From Shigella phage phi25-307, in sequence record MG589383: a DNA stretch of 64,000 bases, one strand, 5' to 3'. Both the position numbers and the translations under genes were made by a program. Shown one piece after another: positions 19,412-31,622 of this stretch. Each line of letters begins with the position of its first letter. The stretch's first letter is position 1. The notes under the pieces were generated by a model that was not told the origin of the DNA, ran no database searches, and was given only the letters and a program-made list of their open reading frames with translations.

Positions 19412-19636
19412 TCAGTGTACAGTATTTACTTTAACTCGAACAACAAATCGCTCGGTCGGTTCACCTACAGGAACAAACTCTACATGATATTCACCTTTGT
19501 AACGAGTATTCAGATCATTACGAATTCCTGCGAGTTTGTTGATTAATGTAGGACTCATATTAAGTCCCACTAGTTTACGAAGCATTTTGTATGCTTCATC
19601 TTCGATTTCATGATGTTTATCGTACATAGTTTTCAT
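19412..19636 (-). CDS. hypothetical protein (74 aa)
   Basis: ORF in cd-pseT intergenic block. Confidence 0.45.
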   Translation of the reverse strand: MKTMYDKHHEIEDEAYKMLRKLVGLNMSPTLINKLAGIRNDLNTRYKGEYHVEFVPVGEPTERFVVRVKVNTVH

Positions 19637-19807
19637 TTAACCATTCAATTGCCTGGTCGACGTTATCAAATATACCGCCGTCCAACCATTCTTCATGTTC
19701 ATAGTCCAGCACATCAATACCGAACCGTCCATTTACTAAAGGCCATACTACAAACAAATATTCTTTATGCTGTTCGATGGCCTCAATCACTTCATATAAT
19801 CGTTTCA

Positions 19808-19808
<1 letters not shown>
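19617..19808 (-). CDS. hypothetical protein (63 aa)
   Basis: ORF abutting pseT. Confidence 0.4.
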
Positions 19809-20894
<1,086 letters not shown>

Positions 20895-20895
<1 letters not shown>

Positions 20896-21194
20896 TATTT
20901 TATTCCTAAGAAAATTTCAAGAATACGAATGTTATGCTCGCGCCGGTCTTTATTAATTTCAGCAACGTTTTTATTAATTGACGTACTTCTAACGTTTGAA
21001 GAAATAAATTTAATCATATGACTTTTGAGTTGTTGCAAATCCAACCCTTTTTCTTTAGCAGCTTTACGAAGAGCTTTACCTGCTTCATCTAGTGCCTTTG
21101 CTGCATCTTTGTCATAATTGCCGAGTGACATTCCACGACAGATATCAATATACTCATCAGACCGTTTGATGTAATTCTCTAGTAATGTTTTCAT
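20895..21194 (-). CDS. hypothetical protein (99 aa)
   Basis: ORF with early promoter at 21218-21250. Confidence 0.45.
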
Positions 21195-21251
21195 TTAGAT
21201 TTCCTCAATTATCCATAGGAGCATTATACTCTGCTCCTGAGAGTTTGTAAA

Positions 21252-21476
21252 CTATTTTACTAAAGATTCAATATACTCGTGAAGAGCTTTAGTCGCTACT
21301 GCCCACTTATTCTGATATTCATTTTTCAGATTAGCACGAGACTGAACTAACAATCGGTCATTAGTCGGAGGCAAAGATTCTAATCGTTGAATCTGGCGCC
21401 CATAAATCATAGCCGCCATTTCAGATTCATAGATAAGCCCTTTAATGTATTCATGTTGTTCTTTAGTCATTGGCAT
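21252..21476 (-). CDS. hypothetical protein (74 aa)
   Basis: ORF upstream of spanin pair. Confidence 0.4.
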   Translation of the reverse strand: MPMTKEQHEYIKGLIYESEMAAMIYGRQIQRLESLPPTNDRLLVQSRANLKNEYQNKWAVATKALHEYIESLVK

Positions 21477-21757
21477 TTTTCCTCTTTTAAACCACTACGA
21501 TAATAACATATCATAGTCTTCTGGTCATGTACATATCTTTTTACATCGTTTAACCAGATACGAAATTCTTGAGAGTCTTCAAACGGCATTCCAACCCACG
21601 GATTACCATCAATAACCTTTACTTGCCATTTCTGGTTATATTCAACAATAGATTCAGGCCATGGCGGATGTAAAGTTTCTTTAGGGCTTAAGGGCACATC
21701 CTGGGCACATCCAGCCAAAATACTAATAGATAATACAACTGCGGTTAATTTAATCAT
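21467..21757 (-). CDS. o-spanin-like outer-membrane lipoprotein (96 aa)
   Basis: Signal peptide with lipobox (MIKLTAVVLSISILAGC); position and size as T4 PseT.2. Confidence 0.6.
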   Translation of the reverse strand: MIKLTAVVLSISILAGCAQDVPLSPKETLHPPWPESIVEYNQKWQVKVIDGNPWVGMPFEDSQEFRIWLNDVKRYVHDQKTMICYYRSGLKEEKCQ

Positions 21758-22110
21758 TCTGAGAGCTTCCTGAGGTCTTCTGCAAAGGAATCGAAGGACT
21801 TGTTGATTTGTTTTTCGACCAATCCTGGTTTACTTGCCACCACGTTCTTCTTCTTCGAATCCTTACGGAGCTTTTCATTTTCGGCCTTAAGTTGGTCAAC
21901 TAAAACACGGTTCTTATAAGTCATTTCTTCGATTGACTGATACTGAACCTTGAAGTCGTCTAATACTTTAGCATTGTTTTTAGCGGTCTCTTTGACAGAA
22001 GCTAATTCAGTATTCAACGAATCAACTTTGTTGTTTAAGACAACTATTGTTACCGTAGAAACTAGAGCAAAAGCTGCTACTATAGTATAAATCGGATTTA
22101 CTTTAAGCAT
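21754..22110 (-). CDS. i-spanin-like protein (118 aa; N-terminal TM plus coiled coil)
   Basis: N-terminal TM (IYTIVAAFALVSTVTIVVL) then charged coiled-coil region; 4-nt overlap with the lipoprotein gene; position as T4 PseT.3. Confidence 0.6.
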   Translation of the reverse strand: MLKVNPIYTIVAAFALVSTVTIVVLNNKVDSLNTELASVKETAKNNAKVLDDFKVQYQSIEEMTYKNRVLVDQLKAENEKLRKDSKKKNVVASKPGLVEKQINKSFDSFAEDLRKLSE

Positions 22111-22598
22111 GTTTTAATAATCTCAATGATTTCATCTCGGGATAATCCATTGATAAGAACGGTTTTCGGACCATCGCACTGGATTTTGTACGATTCAAAC
22201 AATACACACAACTCTTCTGCTGTATGATACGGACTTGAAATTCCGAGGCGGTTGAATTTGTCGGTAAGAGGGTCGCAAATAATGTAGAATTTTATACCTG
22301 CGATATGTACATTTGGTTGACTAATATTAATGAACACATTAGCGTCATATTTAGTCAAATTGTTTTGAAGAAATTCTACCATGGCATTAACTGCTTCTGG
22401 CATCGCTTCACGTTTCTCTTCGGTGTAACGTGTTGAATATTCCTTTTGCTTTAACTTCTTTTTAGCATTTTTGGCCAGTGTAACACGTAGGTCAGTAAGA
22501 TAACCAACTGGACGTCCTTTCTTAAAGACCCTGATTCCATCTGAAGAATCACCAAATGCTGCCACAACCATATCGTTAGTAATCAATTGCATATTCAT
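22098..22598 (-). CDS. alc: Alc, inhibitor of host transcription on C-containing DNA (166 aa; start at internal ATG 22598)
   Basis: Begins MNMQLITNDM as T4 Alc; SD GAGGAG 8 nt upstream of ATG 22598; early promoter 22629-22658. Confidence 0.8.
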   Translation of the reverse strand: MNMQLITNDMVVAAFGDSSDGIRVFKKGRPVGYLTDLRVTLAKNAKKKLKQKEYSTRYTEEKREAMPEAVNAMVEFLQNNLTKYDANVFINISQPNVHIAGIKFYIICDPLTDKFNRLGISSPYHTAEELCVLFESYKIQCDGPKTVLINGLSRDEIIEIIKTCLK

Positions 22599-22628
22599 AA
22601 TTTTCTCCTCGTGATGTTGATAAAAGCC

Positions 22629-22658
22629 ATAGTAACACCATCCTTGGTGTTTGTAAAC
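22629..22658 (-). promoter_or_regulatory. T4-type early promoter upstream of alc
   Basis: Minus-strand GTTTACAAACACCAAGGATGGTGTTACTAT. Confidence 0.5.
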
Positions 22659-22660
22659 CA

Positions 22661-23794
<1,134 letters not shown>

Positions 23795-23808
23795 TCAGTT
23801 AGTTTTTT

Positions 23809-23841
23809 AAATTGTACCACAATCCTTGTGGCGTGTAAACT
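23809..23841 (-). promoter_or_regulatory. T4-type early promoter upstream of rnlA (-35 TTTACA / -10 TACAAT)
   Basis: 17-nt spacer; overlaps denA stop codon. Confidence 0.45.
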
Positions 23842-24250
23842 ACTTTTTCTTATGTTGGATATTCCAAGGCGGGTTGAACTTTTTGATAAAAAGCGGTTCT
23901 TCAAGGTCCATTGTTGCGATGGTCATTGAACCAAGTTCGTTGGTGACTGAAAGGTCAAAACATTGGCGGGCCCAGAATTCAACCTTTTTGCCTTGCATTA
24001 AGGCATCCAAAATCATAAGTGATTTTCTTGAATCTGAAGTCTGGTCTTTTCGATTTATGGCTGTTCGATAATAGTTAATGCGTTTCTTTAAATTCTTGGT
24101 TTTACCAATATACACAAGTTCGTCATCTATAGCAATAGCGTATATGACATTTTTCTTATTAGGGACATCAACTGTTTTAATTGTTGCATCTTCTAATAGC
24201 TCCAATTCTGTATATTTAATAAAGGAATATTCGGCGGCAATATCTTTCAT
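23840..24250 (-). CDS. denA: endonuclease II, GIY-YIG family (136 aa)
   Basis: Collinear with T4 DenA (YSFIKYTELEL, NVIYAIAI.DELVYIGKTKNL.KRINYYRTAINRKD, FNPPWNIQHKKK). Confidence 0.9.
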   Translation of the reverse strand: MKDIAAEYSFIKYTELELLEDATIKTVDVPNKKNVIYAIAIDDELVYIGKTKNLKKRINYYRTAINRKDQTSDSRKSLMILDALMQGKKVEFWARQCFDLSVTNELGSMTIATMDLEEPLFIKKFNPPWNIQHKKK

Positions 24251-24276
24251 AATAAAGTGGGACCGAAGTCCCGTCC

Positions 24277-25464
24277 TTAGAAATATTTTTTGTATGAATT
24301 GATTACATTTTGGTCTACATCATTATCAATTTGTGCGACAAGATAAGAACTGATTTCAACTTCCTGAGGAGCTGCTTGAACTAAATCAGAGTTCAGATAT
24401 TCACGAATCCAAGGATATGGATGCTTGGTCGGAGCATCAGTGATTGGGCATGGTAAACCACACTGTTTCATACGAGACACAGTCAAGTAATCAACAAAAG
24501 CACACATACTCTGCGTATTGATACCTGGGCATGTACCGTTTTTAAAGAGGTGTGCAGCCCATTCCTTCTCTTGTCTATTTACTTCCATAAAAATGTCAAC
24601 TGCTTCTTGTTCACATTCTTTAGCAATTTGAACCCACTCATCACCATCAGTACCAGATTGAAGTTGACGGATAATGTACTGAGTACCCTTGAGGTGGAGT
24701 TGTTCGTCACGAGCAATGAACTTCATAATCTTTGCATTACCTTCCATAATTTCCATATTTTTATGGAAGTTGAAAGTACATGCAAATGATACGTAAAAAC
24801 GAATAGCTTCTAAGGCATTGATAACATGCAAACAGAGATAAAGAGACTTCATTAAATCACGCTTGGCGTTAAACATTATTTCTTCATACATCTCAATATC
24901 ATTCTGCTGGCATGAGCCTATTGAACGCTCATAATCTTCCTTAGCGTTTTCCCAATAACGAGTTTTAACCAGAACATCATCGTAATATTTACCTATTGAT
25001 TCAGCTCGTTTCATGATTGCTTCGTCTAATACAATTTCATCAAATACCTTAGATGGGTCCGTATAAAGATTTCGCATAATATGAGTATACGAACGAGAGT
25101 GAATAGTTTCACTGAATGTCCATGTTGCAACCCACGTATCTAATGAAGGGTCAGAAATCAGTGCCATAAGTACCGCAGATGGGGCCCTGCCTTGGATAGA
25201 ATCTAATAATGATTGATACTTAAGATTGTTTGTAAAGATGTCCTGTTGGAACTGAGGAAGCTTATTGAACTGCGCAGAGTCCAACATCAAGTTTACCTCT
25301 TCTGGGCGCCAAAAAAACGATAATTGCTTTTCGGTCAAATCTTCAAAAACTTTATGGCGTTGAATATCATAACGCGCAATACCAAGACCAGAACCAAAGA
25401 ACATCGGTTCATTCAAAACATCAACTTGTTGTGTGTTAAAAACTGTACTCATTATATTTCTCAC
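24277..25464 (-). CDS. nrdB: ribonucleotide reductase small (beta) subunit (395 aa), uninterrupted
   Basis: Size and synteny with T4 NrdB; continuous reading frame, no intron-sized gap. Confidence 0.88.
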   Translation of the reverse strand: MRNIMSTVFNTQQVDVLNEPMFFGSGLGIARYDIQRHKVFEDLTEKQLSFFWRPEEVNLMLDSAQFNKLPQFQQDIFTNNLKYQSLLDSIQGRAPSAVLMALISDPSLDTWVATWTFSETIHSRSYTHIMRNLYTDPSKVFDEIVLDEAIMKRAESIGKYYDDVLVKTRYWENAKEDYERSIGSCQQNDIEMYEEIMFNAKRDLMKSLYLCLHVINALEAIRFYVSFACTFNFHKNMEIMEGNAKIMKFIARDEQLHLKGTQYIIRQLQSGTDGDEWVQIAKECEQEAVDIFMEVNRQEKEWAAHLFKNGTCPGINTQSMCAFVDYLTVSRMKQCGLPCPITDAPTKHPYPWIREYLNSDLVQAAPQEVEISSYLVAQIDNDVDQNVINSYKKYF

Positions 25465-25504
25465 TTAGTTTAACTCATCCATGAGTAAATTATAATCAAA
25501 AGTC

Positions 25505-27760
25505 TTAAAGCTTACAAGCAGAACAATCTTCAGCTTTAGGTGTTTCTAATTCGTAGTCATCTGTACCTGACCCATCACGAGTGTTATGATAGTAGAGGTT
25601 TTTTCCGCCAAAGTACCAGAAGTAAAGTAGATCGTCAAGCATTACTGACATTGGTACTTTACCTTTCTCAAATACTGCAGGGTCATAGTAAGTATTAGCA
25701 GAAGCAGATTGGCACACCCATTTCAACATGATAGCAACTTGGGTCAAATAAGGTTTATTACCTTTCTTAGCAAGTTTCCACGCGTAGTCGTAAAGACTCA
25801 TGTTATGTTCTATATTAGGAACAACCTGACGGAAGTTGCCTTCTTTAGATTCTTTAATACTTACTGGACCGCGTGGGGGCTCAATCCCGTTTGTAGAGTT
25901 TGATACTTGACTGCTTGACTCACAAGGCATGAGTGCAGACAACGTTGAGTTACGAATTCCATGTTCTTTGAGTTCAGCTCGAAGTTCTTCCCAGTCACAG
26001 ACGTAGTTCGGGGCTGCGATTTGGTCAATCTTTTTATTGTACCAGTCGATAGGTAATTCGCCTCTAGACCATTTAGTGTCTGAATAATACTCGCAACATC
26101 CTTTTTCTTTGGCGAGTTTGATTGAAGCTTTGATAAGGCCATATTGCAATCTCTCAAACAATTCATGAGTCAAATCGTTAGCGTCTTCATATGAAGCAAA
26201 GTTGGAAGCTAACCATGCGGCATAGTTCGTAACACCAACACCGAGGTTTCGACGCTTTTTAGCTTTTAAAGCTTCTGGAACCGGATAATCTTGATAGTCT
26301 AACAGGTTATCAAGTGCACGTACTTGTACTTCAGCAAGTTCATTAATTTTATCTTGGTCTTGCCAATCAAATTTATCTAATACAAAAGCAGATAATGTGC
26401 ATAAACCAATTTCAGCATCAGGACCATTCACATCATTAGTTGGAATAGCGATTTCACAACATAAGTTACTCTGACGAATTGGAGCTTTTTCACGAATAAA
26501 TGGAGTGTAGTTATTCGTGTTATCAACAAACTGTGGATAAATTCGAGCAGTGCCAGAACGTTCAGTCATGAACAATTCAAAGAGTTCTAGTGCTTTTATT
26601 CTTTTCTTTCTGATTGTTGGGTCTTTTTCAGCTTTCTCATAAAGCTCACGGAATTTATCTTGATCTTCAAAGAACGAGTAGTATAGTTCGCCTGACATTT
26701 CGTGAGGGCTAAATAAAGTAATATAATCATTTTTACCAAGGCGTTCCATCATAAGGTCATTAATCTGAATTCCGTAGTCCATATGACGAATACGGTTTTC
26801 ATCCACGCCTTTGTTATTTTTCAGAACTAATAGGTTCTCTACTTCTAAGTGCCACATCGGATAATACGCTGTAGCAGCACCACCACGAATACCACCTTGA
26901 GAACAAGATTTTACTGCAGTTTGGAAATGTTTCCAGAATGGAATAACACCTGTATGTCGAACTTCACCCATACCGATCTTAGAACCTTCTGCACGAAGCA
27001 TACCAACGTTGATACCGATACCAGCTCGTTTAGAAATATATTCAATAATTGATGCTGAAGTTTTGTTAATAGATTTTAACGAATCACCGGCTTCAATAAC
27101 TACACAACTAGAGAACTGGCGAGTTGGAGTACGAGCACCTGCCATAATTGGAGTAGGCAATGAAACTTGATGAGTAGAAACGGCATCATAAAAACGAATA
27201 ATATGTTTCAAACGGTCGTGAGTTTCGTCTTGATGTAAGGCCATACCAATAGCCATGATAGCAAACTGTGGAGTTTCATAAATCTTCCCAGTTGTTTTAT
27301 CTTTAACTAGATATTTTTCTTTAAGCTGCATAGCACCAGCATAAGTCAGGTCAAAGTCTCGTTCATGTTTAATCTGTGAATCGAGATAAATGATTTCTTC
27401 TGCTGAATATTGAGACAACAACTCAGGGTCATATTTGCCTTCATTAACACAGTAAGAAATATGGTCGATAAAAGCAGGTGGTTCAAACTGTCCGTATACA
27501 TCTTTACGAAGTGCAAACATTAGCCCTTTGGCGGCGACATACTGATAATCAGGTTCTTCGACAGAAATCAAGTTAGCTGCAACTTTAATACAAATCTTCT
27601 GAATATCTTTGGTGCTCATCCCATCGACAAGATGGGTCTTAATTTCTTCGTACAATTCATATGGATCAATTTGTGTTCCTTCACATTGCCAAGTTAAGAC
27701 TTGAATAATTTTCTGTGCATCAAAATTTTGGGATACACCACTGCTCTTAGTTACTTGCAT
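25505..27760 (-). CDS. nrdA: ribonucleotide reductase large (alpha) subunit (751 aa)
   Basis: Size (T4 NrdA 754 aa) and synteny; class I RNR C-terminal cysteines. Confidence 0.9.
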   Translation of the reverse strand: MQVTKSSGVSQNFDAQKIIQVLTWQCEGTQIDPYELYEEIKTHLVDGMSTKDIQKICIKVAANLISVEEPDYQYVAAKGLMFALRKDVYGQFEPPAFIDHISYCVNEGKYDPELLSQYSAEEIIYLDSQIKHERDFDLTYAGAMQLKEKYLVKDKTTGKIYETPQFAIMAIGMALHQDETHDRLKHIIRFYDAVSTHQVSLPTPIMAGARTPTRQFSSCVVIEAGDSLKSINKTSASIIEYISKRAGIGINVGMLRAEGSKIGMGEVRHTGVIPFWKHFQTAVKSCSQGGIRGGAATAYYPMWHLEVENLLVLKNNKGVDENRIRHMDYGIQINDLMMERLGKNDYITLFSPHEMSGELYYSFFEDQDKFRELYEKAEKDPTIRKKRIKALELFELFMTERSGTARIYPQFVDNTNNYTPFIREKAPIRQSNLCCEIAIPTNDVNGPDAEIGLCTLSAFVLDKFDWQDQDKINELAEVQVRALDNLLDYQDYPVPEALKAKKRRNLGVGVTNYAAWLASNFASYEDANDLTHELFERLQYGLIKASIKLAKEKGCCEYYSDTKWSRGELPIDWYNKKIDQIAAPNYVCDWEELRAELKEHGIRNSTLSALMPCESSSQVSNSTNGIEPPRGPVSIKESKEGNFRQVVPNIEHNMSLYDYAWKLAKKGNKPYLTQVAIMLKWVCQSASANTYYDPAVFEKGKVPMSVMLDDLLYFWYFGGKNLYYHNTRDGSGTDDYELETPKAEDCSACKL

Positions 27761-27848
27761 ATATTCCTCAGTATAGGTTGATAGACATTACTCCAAACGG
27801 GATAGTATTTATCCCGTTAATTTATTATACAACTTTTAAACTGAAGCG

Positions 27849-28103
27849 TTAATTATCCTCAGCAATAATTTCTTCGTATTCTTTAGGTGTCAAGACTGTG
27901 ATATCGAAATAAACCAACGGTTCTTTTTCTATACCGTAACCACCACAAAATTCACGATATTCATAAATTCGTTCATGTGAATAGCAAATGAATCGTTCAC
28001 CTTTAATTGTGATTTCACTATTCGGTGAAGGGATATCCAGTTCGGTAGGATTTTTCATTTCAAAAATTGTGGTGCCATATGAATTAATAAAACGTAAAAT
28101 CAT
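27849..28103 (-). CDS. hypothetical protein (84 aa)
   Basis: ORF between td and nrdA. Confidence 0.45.
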   Translation of the reverse strand: MILRFINSYGTTIFEMKNPTELDIPSPNSEITIKGERFICYSHERIYEYREFCGGYGIEKEPLVYFDITVLTPKEYEEIIAEDN

Positions 28104-28104
28104 T

Positions 28105-28965
28105 TTATACCGCCATTTTAGCTTTGATAGCTGGATGTGATTCGTAATTTTTAAGAACGAAATCAGAATGTGTCATTGTTCCGGTAACCCAGTCCATTTG
28201 GATTTTTGTAGGCCAATTCTCAAAATTACTAGGCCAATTAATTTCAAGAGAACATAACTCTTTAGGTTCACGACGAAGAACTTCTTTGCATTGTTCTACA
28301 TGATTGCTGTAGATATGCGTGTTGCCGCCTGAGAACACTAAATCACCTGGGGTAAGGTTACACATCTTCGCTACAATATGCGTCAAGGCAGCGTACGAGG
28401 CAATGTTGAACGGCAGGCCTAAGAAAACATCTACACTGCGTTGATACCATTGTAAATCAAGATGACCATTACGCACATTGAACTGATAGAACATATGGCA
28501 AGGAGGAAGAGCCATTTGATTTATTTCAGCTGGATTCCAGGCAGAAACAATTTGACGACGATCAGTTGGTAATTTTTTAATACGGTCGATTGTTTCAACT
28601 AATTGGTCTACACCACCAAAATCACGCCATTGCTTACCATAAATAGGACCAAGTTCGCCACTATGATATCCAAGGTCTTTTGCCTGATTTTCATAGTTAT
28701 CGTCCCAAATAGTTTTACCTTGAATAAGACTACCATGAGTACGAATACGCAAATCATTAACATTGGTAGAACCAGACATGAACCATAATAGCTCGGCAAT
28801 ACAAGCTTTCCATGCTAATTTCTTAGTTGTTACCGCAGGGAATCCTTTAGTCAGATCCCAACGTAATTTAGTTCCGAACAGGGCAATAGTGCCGGTACCT
28901 GTACGGTCGTCTGTTTCGTAGCCATTTTCTAAGATATCTTTAATTAGGTATTGGTATTGTTTCAT
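28105..28965 (-). CDS. td: thymidylate synthase (286 aa), uninterrupted
   Basis: Thymidylate synthase active-site region (LPPCH.FYQF); size equals spliced T4 Td; no intron. Confidence 0.92.
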   Translation of the reverse strand: MKQYQYLIKDILENGYETDDRTGTGTIALFGTKLRWDLTKGFPAVTTKKLAWKACIAELLWFMSGSTNVNDLRIRTHGSLIQGKTIWDDNYENQAKDLGYHSGELGPIYGKQWRDFGGVDQLVETIDRIKKLPTDRRQIVSAWNPAEINQMALPPCHMFYQFNVRNGHLDLQWYQRSVDVFLGLPFNIASYAALTHIVAKMCNLTPGDLVFSGGNTHIYSNHVEQCKEVLRREPKELCSLEINWPSNFENWPTKIQMDWVTGTMTHSDFVLKNYESHPAIKAKMAV

Positions 28966-29549
28966 TTATAAACGCTCTCAGTAATTTCGGTGAGTTCATC
29001 GATTCTGTAGTAATGAGATTCTACCATAGAACGTTGAAGCATAATATCTTGGACGAAATCTTTATCAAGTTGAACATCGGAATTAACACGACATTTCTTA
29101 ATGATTTTAGTCATCACGATTTCATCGGCATAAGGCAGTGCTTGTTTTAATAAAGCAGGACCACCAATAACCGAGACATTAACATGTTCAGTAGAAAGTT
29201 TAAACGGTACGTCAGTTGCAGGGCTAAACAGGTTAATTTCACCACCTGTTACCAAGGTAATAAATTCAGATTGGGTGATATAGAACCGTGCAAGTTCGTT
29301 GGTTTTAGTCCTAGGCAGTTTTCTGGCCATATCAGTGACAACCACATGAGTGCGATCTGGTAGTAGACGAGGTAATGATGCAAAAGTCTTAGCACCCATA
29401 ACCATTACAGTGTTTTTAGTGCGAGCAACAAAGTTACTCATATCTTGTTTGATATGCTTCCATGGAAGTCCATCACCTAATCCAAAAGCATATTCCAGTT
29501 TATCATCAACCGTTTTAGACGGTGCGCATGCGAATACTAATTTAAGCAT
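28962..29549 (-). CDS. frd: dihydrofolate reductase (195 aa; start at internal ATG 29549)
   Basis: Aligns with T4 Frd from MLKLVF (LPW, VMGAKTF.SLP.LLP.R.H.VV, VIGGPALL); ORF-track N-extension overlapping upstream gene rejected. Confidence 0.88.
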   Translation of the reverse strand: MLKLVFACAPSKTVDDKLEYAFGLGDGLPWKHIKQDMSNFVARTKNTVMVMGAKTFASLPRLLPDRTHVVVTDMARKLPRTKTNELARFYITQSEFITLVTGGEINLFSPATDVPFKLSTEHVNVSVIGGPALLKQALPYADEIVMTKIIKKCRVNSDVQLDKDFVQDIMLQRSMVESHYYRIDELTEITESVYK

Positions 29550-29790
29550 TTTTAAGTCCTTTAATAACTTTTTGGATTTGTGATTTAGAAGAAACCAAAT
29601 CAGTCTGGATTTGACAGCCGTCGGTCGGGTCAAATGTTGTAACACAAACACGAGGTTTTGTTGTGTATCGACCAGACAAATCAAATGCGTCACCAATGAA
29701 TTCGGCTAAATCCGGATGGTCCAAATTAACTGAAGTATAAACTTCATATCCGACATCAGCGCCTTGAGAGTATTCAACAACAACATTCAT
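29542..29790 (-). CDS. hypothetical protein (82 aa)
   Basis: ORF upstream of frd, overlapping its start by 8 nt. Confidence 0.5.
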   Translation of the reverse strand: MNVVVEYSQGADVGYEVYTSVNLDHPDLAEFIGDAFDLSGRYTTKPRVCVTTFDPTDGCQIQTDLVSSKSQIQKVIKGLKNA

Positions 29791-29792
29791 AA

Positions 29793-30056
29793 TTATTTCC
29801 TCAGATTTTTCTTAACAACTTTCCAATCGGCTTTAAACGATTCAACATCAGAGTGGTGAATCCAGAATCCTGCACTTTCACCATCTTCGTAGAGTGGACA
29901 TCCATCACATTCTTCGTTCCAACCCATTTCACGTAAAGCTTCTTCGGCTTGTTCAAGGAGTTCAGCGTCTTTACCAACTATGGTAAAGTACCATTTACCT
30001 CTAACTTCTGAATCTTTGATGCTCTGGCGTTGCAATCTCATTTTATTCTCCTTCAC
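29793..30056 (-). CDS. hypothetical protein (87 aa)
   Basis: ORF with early promoter upstream (about 30065-30100). Confidence 0.5.
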   Translation of the reverse strand: MKENKMRLQRQSIKDSEVRGKWYFTIVGKDAELLEQAEEALREMGWNEECDGCPLYEDGESAGFWIHHSDVESFKADWKVVKKNLRK

Positions 30057-30102
30057 TTTTATTTGATAGGACTACTATAACATAGCCCTATCTTGTTATA
30101 AA

Positions 30103-30495
30103 CTACTTTTTAAAAGTTTTTTGCAAAAGTTTGATGATTTCGTCGACGTTGGTTTCATCTACGATACAATGTATTTTTGTTACACCTAAAGCTATACCTT
30201 TGTTGGTAGATTGAGGCTTTACTAAATCTACCTCAGTAAAGTATTTGAACTCGTCAGGATAAATCTCAAAATAAGTTTCAATTTCACCAGCGGCAGAACA
30301 TACAGTACCGTCTTCCATAGTTACACTTACTACGTTTGGCGTATCGTCATCATAATCAGGTTCCATTCCGTTTACAACAAAACTAGGCCCGTGGAGTTCA
30401 ATCAATTTTAACATCTTAGCGTTATTGTGTGGCGCTTCTTGAACAAAGTCGTCTTTAAACAAAGGGTTAATGATATAAGATTTTCCGATTTCCAT
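30103..30495 (-). CDS. hypothetical protein (130 aa)
   Basis: ORF with early promoter upstream (about 30510-30558). Confidence 0.5.
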   Translation of the reverse strand: MEIGKSYIINPLFKDDFVQEAPHNNAKMLKLIELHGPSFVVNGMEPDYDDDTPNVVSVTMEDGTVCSAAGEIETYFEIYPDEFKYFTEVDLVKPQSTNKGIALGVTKIHCIVDETNVDEIIKLLQKTFKK

Positions 30496-30579
30496 TTTGA
30501 TTTCCTCATGTTGTTGATAGAACTATAATATCACATCTAGGGAAGAAGTAAACAACTTTTTTGGCAATTTACAGATACT

Positions 30580-30602
30580 CAAAAGGGAGACCGAAGTCTC
30601 CC
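30580..30602 (-). terminator. gene 32 terminator (GGGAGAC-UUCG-GUCUCCC, U-tract)
   Basis: Hairpin starts 6 nt after gene 32 stop; TTTTGAG follows. Confidence 0.65.
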
Positions 30603-30608
30603 GATTTA

Positions 30609-31508
30609 TTATAGACCAGCTAACAGGTCATCGAGGTCGCCATCGTCAGAAGACGAGGAACTCATGAAGTCATCTTCAGTTTTTGCAGAACTAAAGGCTT
30701 CCATGTCTTTATCAAAATCGTCGAGGTCAGAAGCAACTTTATCTGCAACAGAAGCTGCGGCAGCTGCTGCACCACCAAGAGCGGCAGTACCAAGAACTTG
30801 AGTAAATTTAGTATTCAATTCTTCAAACGATTTGAACTTATCTTTAGAAGTCATTTCAGAAAGGTCAACCATTTGTTCGAACAATTCTTTCTGGAAAGAT
30901 TCATCATCAATGTTTGGAATCGCAGATTGATTCAGGAATTTAGATTCGTCATAGTTACTGAAACCAGAAACCTGTTTAACTTTCAGCACAAAGTTAGCAC
31001 CTTCCCATGGGCAAGTTACATCAACAGGAGTTTCACCCATTTCAGTATCGACTGCAATCATTGCATTGATTTTGTCCCAAATCTTTTTACCAAAACGGTA
31101 TTTGAATACTTTACCTTCATTATCTGGAGCTTGTGGGTCTTTAACAACCAGGATATTAGCCCAATAAGAAGTTTTACGTTTCAGTTGAGAATATTCTGTT
31201 TTGTTTGTATTGTACAGATCATTTTTACTAATGTACTGACATACTGGACAAGAGTCATAATCGCCGTGTGTAGATGAACAGGTTTCAATATACCATTTGC
31301 CGTTTTTCTTGAACCCGTGGTTAACAAGAATTGCAAACGGAAGTGCGTCATCTGTTTTTGCCGGCAGGAAACGAATTACCGCTTGACCATTACCGGATGC
31401 ATCGAGTTTCAGCTTCCATTCACCTTTATCTTCTGAAGAGAAACCTTTGTTACCATTCAGTTTAGCCATCTGAGCTGCGAGGTCTGCGGTACTTTTACGT
31501 TTAAACAT
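30609..31508 (-). CDS. 32: single-stranded DNA-binding protein gp32 (299 aa)
   Basis: Collinear with T4 gp32 ([35 protein letters not shown], zinc site [16 protein letters not shown], acidic C-terminus). Confidence 0.95.
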   Translation of the reverse strand: MFKRKSTADLAAQMAKLNGNKGFSSEDKGEWKLKLDASGNGQAVIRFLPAKTDDALPFAILVNHGFKKNGKWYIETCSSTHGDYDSCPVCQYISKNDLYNTNKTEYSQLKRKTSYWANILVVKDPQAPDNEGKVFKYRFGKKIWDKINAMIAVDTEMGETPVDVTCPWEGANFVLKVKQVSGFSNYDESKFLNQSAIPNIDDESFQKELFEQMVDLSEMTSKDKFKSFEELNTKFTQVLGTAALGGAAAAAASVADKVASDLDDFDKDMEAFSSAKTEDDFMSSSSSDDGDLDDLLAGL

Positions 31509-31575
31509 TTTATTTGCCTTTATTTAGATTAATTAAATTTTACAGTTGGTTGCTACGACACTTATACCTCGTAGC
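31509..31575 (-). promoter_or_regulatory. gene 32 translational operator: AU-rich unstructured leader plus upstream hairpin/pseudoknot element
   Basis: Minus-strand leader AAAATTTAATTAATCTAAATAAAGGCAAATAAA-ATG; hairpin GCTACGA(10 nt)TCGTAGC at 31552-31575; matches known T4 gene 32 autoregulatory architecture. Confidence 0.5.
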
Positions 31576-31622
31576 TGGTATGATTTATTTATAAAGTAAT
31601 TTTAACACACAAGAAATAAAGC

